In this document: positions 41,993 through 52,980 of the stretch, one piece after another
Numbering within the stretch: position 1 is the first letter of the stretch
How the letters are laid out: every line of letters starts with the position of its first letter
DNA from: Ptychomitrium polyphyllum
Lineage: Eukaryota
Reading direction: 5' to 3'
Length of the DNA: 64,000 bases
Assembly: GCA_973851085.1 (NCBI GenBank)
Contig: OZ316775.1
Location: forward strand, 15,252,001 to 15,316,000
The notes under the pieces: model-generated
The model's input: only the letters and a program-made list of their open reading frames with translations
Told to the model about the DNA's origin: nothing
The model's database searches: none
Translations under genes and position numbers: made by a program

Positions 41993-42126
41993 TGTTACGA
42001 ACATATATATTGAAAGCATCTAGAAAGGTTCTTAGAAGGTTTAGTAGACTTCTAAGGAAGTTACCTCGACTTAGAAAGCTTCCAAAGTAGTGACCTTGGC
42101 TTAGGAAGCTTTCAAGGAAGCAACTT
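41993..42126 (+). mobile_element. Truncated 5' part of an LTR of the older family, interrupted by the chromovirus
   Basis: TGTTACGA..AAGCATCTAGAAAGGTTCTTA.AAGGTTTAGTA..CTTCTAA.GAA.TTACCT matches 50116-50218. Confidence 0.75.
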
Positions 42127-43271
42127 TGTCGGGCACCTCTCCTTGAAGAATGCCCGCAACACTAAGGGCACAAGGAGGACCCCAACTTGATGTCCGGGAC
42201 TTGAGGCGCCAATAGTGAGGGGAACCGAGTGGGCGTAGCATGGGAAGGATCCCGAGGGGAAGAAACATCCTTGCCCATGTAGACCGAGGGCCACAAGGAA
42301 TAAATCGTGGGCATTGAAGGAATCACGAAGAGCTGAATCTAGAATGCTAAAGATTGCCCAAATCGGACAAGGGAGCTAAAAGTTATGGCATCCCAAAGTT
42401 GATGTTGCCAAGGGACTGTGCTGGACTGTGGCAGCCCTACACAGTGACTGTATTGGAGTGGAACAGTCCAGGGAGAGACTCCCCGAGAGTCCCGGACCTT
42501 GGGAGAGGCATATCTTCCAGAGTACTAACTGCAATCAGACGTTTGAGGAGTCTATCAGCATCTACGCGAAGAGTAGACGACAATAGAGTGGTCGCTTGAT
42601 AGATTCAAGCACCGGACGTGGAAGACATGGCTTCTTGAAGGTCCGTAGGGAGTTCCCGAGGCTTCCAGCGGTTAAGTTCCAAGGCAAATTGGGTGGTCTT
42701 CCAAATGTTCGGGTGTGTCGGGGTTCAGTCAGCTACAAAGGGCCATGGGGCTTGCCGAATTCCAAAGAGAGTACTACAAGGGAGGGCTGGTCTCCCTCCC
42801 TACTCCTTTAGTGTCCCGGTAGAAACCAAGGGTGAGTCCCGGTTGATGGAGCTAGTGTTGGGGCTTCACCACAGGGACTCCCACACCATTGTGAGCCGGT
42901 GGATGGCCGGTTTCACGGAGGGAACTAATACGTTTAAAAAGGCACGCTTGTTACCAATAAATTGAGGTGGTGTTTTCACGCCGGCACCATGATGGCCCGA
43001 GGTGATCTTAGGATCGCATGGGGATCATGAGTGGTGGTGAGGAGATACCACTAAGTGCAGTTAGGCCGTGTAGAATGGGAGTAACACCAAGTGAGGCCTT
43101 AAACATGAATGGAAGTCCGCACCTAACCATTGGCTACCAATCAATTGGATGTTCCAAGAGAAATGGTACAGGAACTTGGAAAGTGAGAATGGAGGTTAAC
43201 CATGTGCATGGGGAGGTGTATAGGGTTGACGCGCGTGACGCTTGTTAAAGTACATTACGAGGGTTGCGACA
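42127..43271 (+). repeat. 5' LTR, right element
   Basis: Starts TGTCGGGCAC, ends TTGCGACA, followed by PBS. Confidence 0.92.
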
Positions 43272-43323
43272 TTTGGTATTAGAGCAGGCTTTGAGTATCC
43301 AAGTGCTACTTTGCGAGGAGGCA

Positions 43324-46300
43324 ATGGGTAAGAAAAAAGTCGGTGATGGCAGAGAACCCGGGGCCTCTAAATGACTACGCATAAGGGTGAACAAAGACCC
43401 CGATCCGATTAATGAAGCTCCATCCATTGATTCCAATGAGCAAGAGAATAACATTGGAGTCACCAAGAAAGTTGAGGAAATTCAACAAGACAAAGCATTC
43501 GAGGGTAAAGAGTACTCAGGAGCTAGAATTCTTGAACCACCTGAGGGTCTAGAAAGTCAAGACCCTGACTTAAGTTTTCATATGAAAATGCTAGAGTTCA
43601 TGGACGGTGTGAACCAAGAACTCAAGCGTGGCAAAGAAGAAAGGACCCGTCAAGAGAGGTTGATTGAACACTTGATGGCACAAAGTTCCAGGTCCTCATC
43701 TTCAACCAAGAAGTTGGCCAACGTGAACATGCCAAGCACTTTTTCTGGGCTAGGTAAGGCCAGGAAGGTGAAGGAGTTTCTTTTGGAAATGGACAACTAT
43801 TATGAGGGTCAAAAGCCGGACGAGGGGGACAAGGTGTCAATTGCGGAGATCTTTCTAAAAGACCGTGCTCTTCAATGCTGGACAAGTAAAAAGAAGCAAG
43901 AGCCGGAGTTGGTGGCGACTTTGTCTTGGTCGATTTTAAAGAAATTTTGAGTGAACGCTTCTCTCCGGAATACCAAGAGTTGAGGGAAGGCATGAACTTG
44001 GTGCAAATGAGGCACACGAGGTCCCTCAAGACTGATGTGCAAGATTTGAACGCCCAAATGAATGCCACATTCAAAATGGATGAGTTTTCAAAGAAATGCA
44101 TCTTTTTGGGTGGACTTCAAAAGTGGGTGGTGGACGCCTTGTTCAAATTCCCAAAGCTTCCGGAGGACGTGGTGGGAACCATTAAGATCGCGGAAAGAAT
44201 TGAAGCCGACGGACCCGAAAGAAAATCAAGTGGTCCCTTTTAACAAAGTGGATTGAGCCGAAATGTATCTCGCGGCGGAGAACGCAAGAAATCTGGCTTT
44301 GGAAACAAACACAAGGGACAAGTAGATGGAAGGGCCTACAACAAAGTGGACCATTATGAGATAAAACCATTCAAATTGGGAGATAAGAGTGCTGAGGTGA
44401 AGCACAAGCGTTGCCACGGGTGTGGCAAGATTGGTCACTTCATTGCGGAGTGCCCTGATAAAAATGTGAGTACCAAAGCTTGTCACACTTGTGTTGTAGA
44501 TCACATTTTAGAAGGTGGATTTATGGCCAAGGATAGTAGCCTTAAGCCAAGGCCGAGTCTCTTATATCTTGAGGCCCAAATAAATGGCAAAAATGTCTCA
44601 TGTTTGATTGACACAGGGGCAACGCACTCCTTTATGAGTCCCAAGCTAGCATGGGTGTTGGGCTTGTCGGCTCAAAAAGCTAGCAAGTCCATCAACGTGC
44701 GATTTGCAAAAGGCAAATCGTACAAGACAAAGGAGGCGGTGTTGGATGTGGCCTTAAGCAGTGGAACATTGGAGTTGAAGGAAAGCTTTACACTATGTGA
44801 GATGGATGAGGTAGACCTCATTTTAGGTGATACCTTTTTCGAAACTCATGTAGTGGATGTGAAGCGAAAGCGAGCACGATTAGTAGTGCACCGTGGTGGG
44901 AAGGAGGCAATATTGAAGTTGACTCGGACTCCTATGGTTGCGGGAGGCAAGTTGAACTTAGTCTCTTTAGAACAATTAGTGAGTAACCAATTTGTGGTTG
45001 TGATGCAAATGGAGCAAGAAGAGGGGAATAGGCCAAGTGCCAAGGAGGTTAGGACTATTTCCAAGTGCATTCAAAATGTACTAAGTGGTTACAGGGATGT
45101 GCTCACCAATGAGCTGCCCGCAGAGTTACCGCCAAGAAGAGAAGTGGATCACAAAATTGAAGTGATACCGGGAACGGAGCCCCCTTCAAAGGCTCCATAC
45201 CGGTTGAATCAAAAAGAGCTAGAGGAGTTGAAGAAGCAATTGAATGACTTGTTGGAAAGAGGCTATGTTAGGCCAAGTAAGTCGCCATATGGAGCACCGG
45301 TCCTCTTCGTAGACAAAAAGGATGGCAAGCTCCGCATGTGTGTCGACTATAGAGCCTTGAATAAAGCCACCATCAAGAACAACTACCCTTTGCCTCGCAT
45401 TGATGACCTCTTTAATAGATTGGCAGGAGCTAAATACTTTAGTCGGATAGACTTGAAGTCGGGCTACTATCAAATCCGCATTGCGGATGAAGATGTGCCA
45501 AAGACCGCATGCCGTACTAGGTATGGGTCCTATGAATTTTTGGTGATGCCATTCGGGTTGTGTAATGCTCCTCCGACGTTCACGACCCTCATGAATACCA
45601 TCTTTCGAGAAGAGATAGATGACTTTGTCATTGTTTATATTGATGACATCTTGGTGTACTTTAAGTCGGCAGAAGAACATACAAGGCACCTCGAAGTGGT
45701 GCTTCAAAAACTTAGGGTCCAAAGGCTTTATGCCAACGGAGAAAAGAATGAGTTTGCTCAACTTGAGATTGAGTTCTCGGGCCATATAGTGACGGATGAT
45801 GGAATCAAGCCGGACATTAGGAAGATAAAGGCAATTAGAGAGTGGAAACAACCTTCTACACAAAAGGGGCTGAGATCATTTCTCGGCGTAGCAAATTATT
45901 ATAGGAGGTTCATACGCAACTTCTCCAAAATTGCTAGACCTTTGTTTGTCTTGTTGAAGAAAGGAGCTAGCCAAGTATGGGATGAACTTTGTCACCAAGC
46001 TTTTCAAGAACTCAAGGATAAGTTGTCACAACCGCCGGTATTGAAGTTTCCCGAGTTTGAAAAGCCCTTTGAGGTCCACACGGATGCAAGTGACTTTGTC
46101 ATTGGCGGAGTGCTCAAAAGAGGTGCCAAAAGAGGTGGCCCACGTACGAGAAAGAACTCTTTGCCATAGTGCATTGTTTGAAAACATGGCGGCATTACTT
46201 GGGCCTACATAAAACCAAAGTCTACACGGACAACGTGTCCTTGAAGTACTTTTAGTCGCAGGCACAAATGGGTGCAAAACAATTGAGGTGGCACGACACC

Positions 46301-47900
46301 TTGGCACTCATGAATGTGGATTTGATCCACAAGCCGGGGCGTGACAATGTAGTGCCGGATGCTCTAAGTAGGTGGGAGGAGTTGCAAGCGATGGGCACAA
46401 CCCAAGTGCTGCGAGTAATGTACAAGGGAGAAGGCAATTTGGAAAGGAAGATAAGAGAGGGGTACACAAAGGACTCCGAAGCACAAAGGCTTCTCGGCAA
46501 GCCTAAAAAGGTAAGAAACTTAAGGATATTAAGTTGGAGAAGGGATTGCTCAAGTACAAACAAAGTCGGGTATATGTGCCTCAAGGAAAATTACGGTTGT
46601 TGGTTTTGGAAGAAGAACACGATAGTCCCATAGCCGGCCATAGAGGGGAAAAAACCACCATAGCGGTGGTGTCAAGAAGGTACTATTGGCCGGGCATGAA
46701 AGCGGACATCACCGACTTTGTGAAAACTTTTGTGAAGTGCGACCTCAATAGAGCCTCTTACCAAAAGCAAGCCGGTCTACTACAACCTTTGCCAATTCCG
46801 CCAGGTCCATGGCATAGCGTGTCTATGGACTTCATCACAAGTCTTCCGGATTTGCACGGGCATGATGCCATCTTTGTGATGGTGGATCGCTTTAGCAAGT
46901 TGGCGCACATGGTGTCAACTAGAGGAATCGTAACTACACATGAGATCGCAAAGTTAATCCTCGATGCATGGTGGAAACATCACGGGTTGCCGAGAGTGAT
47001 TGTGTCGGATCGAGATTCAAAATTCACTAGTGCTTTTCGGAAACATTTCTTTAGGAAAGTTGGAACCAAATTGACTTTTAGCACTGCCTTCCATCCTCAA
47101 ACGGATGGGCAAACAAAACGAGTGAACGGAGTCTTGAACCAATAATTGAGGAACTTTGTGAATGCGGACCCGTGCGATTGGGTGGAATATGTGAGTCTTG
47201 CGGAGTTCAGTTACAATGCGGCCAACCATTCGGCGACAAAGCAGTCGCCATTTAAGGTGGCCTATGGAGTAGAGCCACTCCAACCTGCTGACTTAGCTCT
47301 CGAAGGGGCACATTCAACACTAGAGTTTAACCAAGATGGTGAGGACTTGGCCAAAAAGTGAGAACAGATGTTGGAGAAGACTAAGCTTTTGTTGGAAAAG
47401 GCACAAAAGCGGTACGAAAAACAAGTCAATGCCGGAAGACGTGAAGTGGAGTATGAAGTAGGCCAAAAGGTGTTGTTGAATGTGAAGAACTTTAGCTTGC
47501 CCGAAGGCCTCACTCCAAAGTTCATGTCCAAGTTTGCGGGGCCGTTTTCCATTGTAGAGCGGATGTGTACAAGTTGGAGCTACCACCCGAAATCAAAGTG
47601 CACCCAACATTTCATGTCTCACTCCTCAAGCCATTTAAAAAAGATACCTTGTGGCCCAATCGCAAACAAGTGATTCGGCCACCGCCGGAATTGGTGCGCG
47701 ACCACTTTGAATACGAAGTGGAAGGAATTATCAAGTGTAGGCACCACAAGAAAGTAGGAAAAGAGTATTTGGTGAAGTGGAGAGGGTACCATGAGAAGGA
47801 AGCAACTTGGGTAGCAGCCAAGGACTTGGGAAATGCCAATGAGGTGGTAGAACGCTGTGAAAGGGATAGGAACTCCAACAAAAGACAACGTCGGCATTGA
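43324..47900 (+). pseudogene. Disrupted gag-pol of the right chromovirus, ending in a chromodomain (YEVEGII..EYLVKWRGYHEKEATW, ~47710-47860)
   Basis: Split into at least 7 ORFs by stops (e.g. ~43372, 44241, 47143, 47359) and frameshifts; short deletion in RNase H after FVIGGVL. Confidence 0.92.
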
Positions 47901-48690
47901 TGAGGACATCGATCTCTTTAAGTAGGGGGAGAGTGGCTTGTAGTTATAACTTCTTCACATCATGTATTGGTTCTTTGACTTATGGGAATAAAGTTCAAGT
48001 TTTGTGTGTGCAAAGAGAAGAATATAAGATGACGTCCTAGTCTTGTGCTTGTGCTAAGTTGGTAGAAGAGGGGGAATAGACATGTGAAACCAAGTTGGGA
48101 AGGCCGAGTAATGGGGACCAAGGCTTGGAGGAGGAATGGTTAAAATCATGAAACCTCCTCGCCTTGGGCTTGTTCGGGCGAGGACAAGGTAATGGCTCGT
48201 GTTCATAAAAGCGCCACTCCTACAAACTAACAAAAGTTAGTGCATGGGAGTCATGAATCCATGTCTCAATAGAGATAGTGGGATCCAGGTTGGGCGGAAC
48301 TTGGCATTACCCCCGTGCGATCGAGTCGTGGAATAAAAGCCACCTTGGGTTTGCAACCAAGACAACTTGGTGGAGCATTGAGGTCCAGCCTAGTCAAAAA
48401 AGAAGAATTAGGGAAGTGTAGCCTAACTGGAGAGTGTATCCCAAGAGGGTCTCAAAGTAGGTAGGTCTAGAGTAGTTTAGGGCCCCAAAGATCTTTGTTT
48501 AGGGTGCCCAAACAGACCACCTCTTAAACAACACCTTTGAGACATTGCCAAAGACTTATGAGTGCATTGTGGGGGTCGCACCCTGGATGAAAAATAATGC
48601 TGCACCACTAGAGGATGGCAACCTTGGATTTGGTGTGCCGACTACAAGTATAGTCGATGAGGGCATCGACTCCATTTGGGTGGAGGTGAG

Positions 48691-49835
48691 TGTCGCGCAC
48701 CTTGCCTTGAGGAGTGCCCGCAACACTAAGGGCAAAATGGGGACCCCGAAGTGACGTCCGGGACTTGTGGCGCCGATAGTGAGGAGAACCAAGTGGGCCT
48801 AACATGAGAAGGACCTTTAGGGGGAGAAACATCCTTGCCCATGTAGATCGAGGGCCACGAGGGATAAATCGTGGGCATTAAAGGAATCATGAAGAGCTAA
48901 TTCTAGAATGCTAAGGATTGCCCAAATCGGACATGGGAACTAAAAGTTATGGCACCCCAAAGTTGGGGTTGCCAAGGGGCTGTTCTGGAGTGTGGCAGCC
49001 CTATATAGTAACTGTGCTGGAGTAGAACAATCCAGGGAGGGACTCCCCGAGAGTCCCGAACCTTGGGAGAGGCGTATCTTCCACAATACTATTTCAAATC
49101 GGACGTTTCAGGAATCTATCGGCATCTACGCAAAGAGTACATGACGATAGAGTGGTCGCTCGATACATTCGGGCACCGGATGAGGAAGTTATGGCGCCCT
49201 AAAGGTCCGCTGGGAGTCCCGGAGGCTTCTAGCGGCTAAGTCCCAAGGGGGATCGGGTGGTCTTCCAAAACTCTAGGTGTGTTGGGGTTCAGCTAGCTCC
49301 AGAGGGCCAGGGGGCCTGCCGAATCCCACAGAGAGTACTATAAGGGAGGGCTGGTTCCCCTCCCTACTCTCCTAGTGTCTTGGTAGAGACCAAGGGTGAG
49401 TCCCGGTTGGTGGAGCTAGTGTTGGGGCTTCACCACGGGGACTCCCACACCATTGTGAGCCGGTGGACGGCCGGTTTCACAAAGGAAACTAGCACGTTCA
49501 AAAGGGTACGCTTGTTACCACTAAATTGGGGTGGTGTCTTCACGCCGGCACCATGATGGCCCGGGGTGATCTTAGGATCACTTAGGCATCATGAGTGGTG
49601 GTGAGGAGATACCACTAAGTGCGGTTAGGCCGTGTGGAATGGGAGTAACACCAAGTGAGGCCTTGGACATGAATGGAAGTTCACACCTAACCATTGGCTA
49701 CTAATAAATTGGGTGTCCTAAGAGAAATGGTAGAAAGGCTTGGAAAGTGAGAATGGAGATTAACCATGTGCATGTGGGGGTGTACAGGGTTGACGCGCGT
49801 AACGCTTGCTAAGGTGCATTGCAAGGATTGCGACA
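48691..49835 (+). repeat. 3' LTR, right element
   Basis: Preceded by PPT; starts TGTCGCGCAC, ends TTGCGACA. Confidence 0.92.
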
Positions 49836-50450
49836 TTGTTGGTGATTGTCTTTGAAGTACAGCCTACTCATGAGGATTATCCGAAAGCATTGTTTGAAAG
49901 ACATTTTAACAACTAAAATATGGAAGTTCGTGCTTGATTTCAAATAGATTGCCTTGGATACTATTGATGATTACAAGGATTCATAAATTATTTGAATTAT
50001 AAAAGGTAATTGGAGTATGTTGTAGACACTATGCAACAAATTTTTGACTTCCTCAGTTTTTGAGCATTTGTTGCAAGACACTCTATAGAGACCTCAAAGC
50101 TAGAAAGGGAAGTGATGTCATGGACGTACATATTAGAAGCATCTAGAAAGGTTCTTACAAGGTTTAGTAAGCTTCTAAAGAAATTACCTTAGCTTAAGAA
50201 GCTTCAAGGAAGTAACTTGAAATTGCTTGAGTACAAAGCAATGTAGTAGAAGCTTCTGAAGAAGCTTCCAAGGCTTATAATTCTAGTATATATAGGAGTT
50301 GAAGCTAAAAGAATCTTCAATCTCAATAACACATCTCTTATGGTATAGCTGTTTTGGCCTTGTTTTTGTACCTTGGTATAATTCTTTACTTCTAATATAT
50401 GTTGGACATATCTTATTCCATATCCTAAAATTGTAAAGCCTTGTTTTATA
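49836..50450 (+). mobile_element. Remnant of an older, different LTR element: decayed 3' internal region, PPT (AGAAAGGGAAGTGA) and LTR starting TG at 50116 (end approximate)
   Basis: PPT followed by TGTCATGG; AAGCTTC-rich LTR with TATATAGG box; homologous to 41993-42126. Confidence 0.7.
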
Positions 50451-51758
50451 AAGTAAGTAATAAAAAATAAAAGATAAAAGAAAAATAACATAATAATAAA
50501 AGATAAAAGAAAAATAACATAACAATAAAAAATAATAGAAAAACAACATAAAAATAAAAGATGAATAATAATATTTAAAAAAAAATTATATAATTAAAAG
50601 TAAACAATAAAAATTACACAAAAAAATAAAAAGTAAAATTAAAATTAAAAGTTAGTTATTAGTATGAATAGGCATAACTAGACTATATAAGATTTATTTT
50701 CATACTTTGCATAAAAACCTAAGAAATTGAAATCATGAAGACCAAATACAAAAGGAGAAAGAATTATCTTTTCTATGTTTTGCTAAGTTAAATGGAGTCA
50801 GTAAGTTACTACAAGATGAACTCTATTTTCCGAAAGGTAAAAAATGTGGTTGCTGCAGGAGGGACTACCCTGTTATGTACTCCAAACGGACATTGGACAT
50901 AGGCGTCCGTTAAGGGGTTGCAGATCTCACCATCCGAGCTACAGTGAAGAGAGCAGAGGGGGCATTTATGCGGGTAGCGGTTAAGGGAACAAAGGCATTT
51001 ACGGGTGTGAAAGGGTAACGGAACAAGGAATTTACTGTGCGATGTGACAAATTCAGGGAACAGCCGTCGTTGAAGGTGTAGCAATGGACCCCTCGTCGTG
51101 TTGTTTCCAGGGCGCAGCTTCTTTGATTCTTGAGGCTGCCGCCATTGCGACCTCACGCGCAACACCATCTTCGCAAGCTCACCGGTGCAGCATGTTGTAG
51201 CTTCCGACGTTGTAGGACCACAGTAAAGCCTTGACTCGGTTAGTTACGGCATCGATATTGTATTGGTACGTACTCTGCATGCGCTGTGGCTTTGCCTGCA
51301 ACCAACTTCCTCACTCCACTAACTTGTCATCGTAACTCGCACTGGCAGGCAGGTTGTGTTGCGGCTCGATATGTAGTCGTATAGTGTGCCTGGACTGTTT
51401 AGATGATACATAAAAGGGTACAAAGCTTTACTGCCAAGTGCTCGTGGGGGACCTGCCTGGTTGGTTGGTTAGTTGGTTGGTTGGTCCTGTCTCTTTCTTG
51501 ATTGCTAATGGTCGTGGTGTGAGGTATTGGTTCTGCAGCAAATGGTGTGTGTGGTCTTGGATTGGCATTGCAGTTTCTTCCCGGATAGAAAAGGTTTTTG
51601 TTGTTGGTGGCTGATTTGGGTGAGAGACTGGTCCGGAACGTGAAATTTGAGATGGTAATGCTTCGGTTGTGGTAGGGACTGCAGTGTAGGTTTTTGTTCG
51701 CAACTGTGCTACGTTACTTACATGGTTTTTTGTATCTGTTCTGTTGTCAAAAGAAATA

Positions 51759-52980
51759 ATGCTCGCGAGGCGGGGGCTGAGGTCCGGCCTGCGGACATGG
51801 GCTGCAGCTCGGCCCATGTTTGCTCGTTGTTTCGCAGACAATGCGAAAATAGTTGGAGAAAACTCTCCAACTGGGCAGGCGAATATATCTGAGAAATTCA
51901 AGGAAAACTGGAAAAAGATCGCTCCGAATTACGATTTACCGAATTCTCCAAGCAACTATATGGTTGCCCGACCGCCTGTTCCAGCCACCATACCTGCGAA
52001 GCTCACTCTGAACCTCGTCCTTCCTCACATGTTCGAGATAAATGCCAAGCCGGTCAGTGTACCTCTCTGAAGTTCTCGGATATAGATCTTTAATTTCTAC
52101 CACTTTTGAGCATGATACAGTGATCGTCTCCAACCGTAGGTCAATGCGTGGATCATAGTCTATGACAAATTATTTGTTCGACTGTGCAATGCACTTAGGT
52201 TCGGCACATTTGTACCCTGCTCTTGATGTGGTGAATAAACTTTGCTCTGAAGCTGTACGATAGTCCTTCTCACGGATTCCCTCTAATTAGGACGTTGGAC
52301 ATCTTTCAATGATGCAATTAATCTGACATTAGATATCCATAGCTAGCTGTTGTCGCTGTTTGCGTATTATACATGCTGTAGCTATCTGCATCAAGCTAAA
52401 ATCTCTACTATCTCCAAGGAATGCACATATACTTGATAGCATGAACGTCGTTGACAGTGTATAGCTTCAACTACATTGAACTCATGTATTGTTTGTATGT
52501 GGATTATGTTACGAGGCTACTGGTGAAGCTATGCGTACCGCATGGTGTCCTTGATATTGCGTGTCCAATTTGAAGTTCCAATTAGAGCTTGTACCGTGCT
52601 TACGCAAACTGTGGTAATTTCTGCAGGTAGACTCTGTCGTTGTGCCGGCAACATCAGGTCAGATGGGAATTTTGCCTGGCCATGTCCCAACCATAGCACA
52701 ATTGCAGCCTGGAATTCTCTCTGTTCACGATGGTACAGAAGCACCTAAAATTTACTTCATAAGCAGTGGATTTGTATTTGTACACGCCAACTCTGTGGCA
52801 GACGTCGTTGCAATTGAGGCAGTACCTATGGATAGGTTTGATAACGAGGAAGTGAAAAGGGATTTCGCGGAGTATACTCAGAAAATGACTTCTGCGAAGA
52901 GCGATCTGGAGAAGGCAGAGGCTCAAGCTGGCGTTGAAGTATGTGCTGCATTGATGGCAGCACTGGGTGTCACTGCGTAG
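51759..52980 (+). CDS. Mitochondrial F1 ATP synthase delta subunit precursor, right copy; exons 51759-52052 and 52627-52980
   Basis: Translations identical to the left copy; donor CCG|GTCAGT at 52052/3, acceptor CTGCAG|GTAGAC at 52626/7. Confidence 0.95.

Larger units (their letters stand above)
42127..49835 (+). mobile_element. Ty3/gypsy chromovirus LTR retrotransposon (moss RLG1/Tcn1-like), full structure but non-functional
   Basis: TG..CA LTRs 42127-43271 and 48691-49835 (1145 bp each); PBS TGGTATTAGAGC 43274-43285 (tRNA-Met type, one mismatch); PPT GGGTGGAGGTGAG 48678-48690. Coding domains: gag, CCHC knuckle ([14 protein letters not shown]), protease [18 protein letters not shown], RNase H, integrase (H..H..C..C; SMDFITSLP; IVSDRD; HPQTDGQT), chromodomain. 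Confidence 0.95.
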
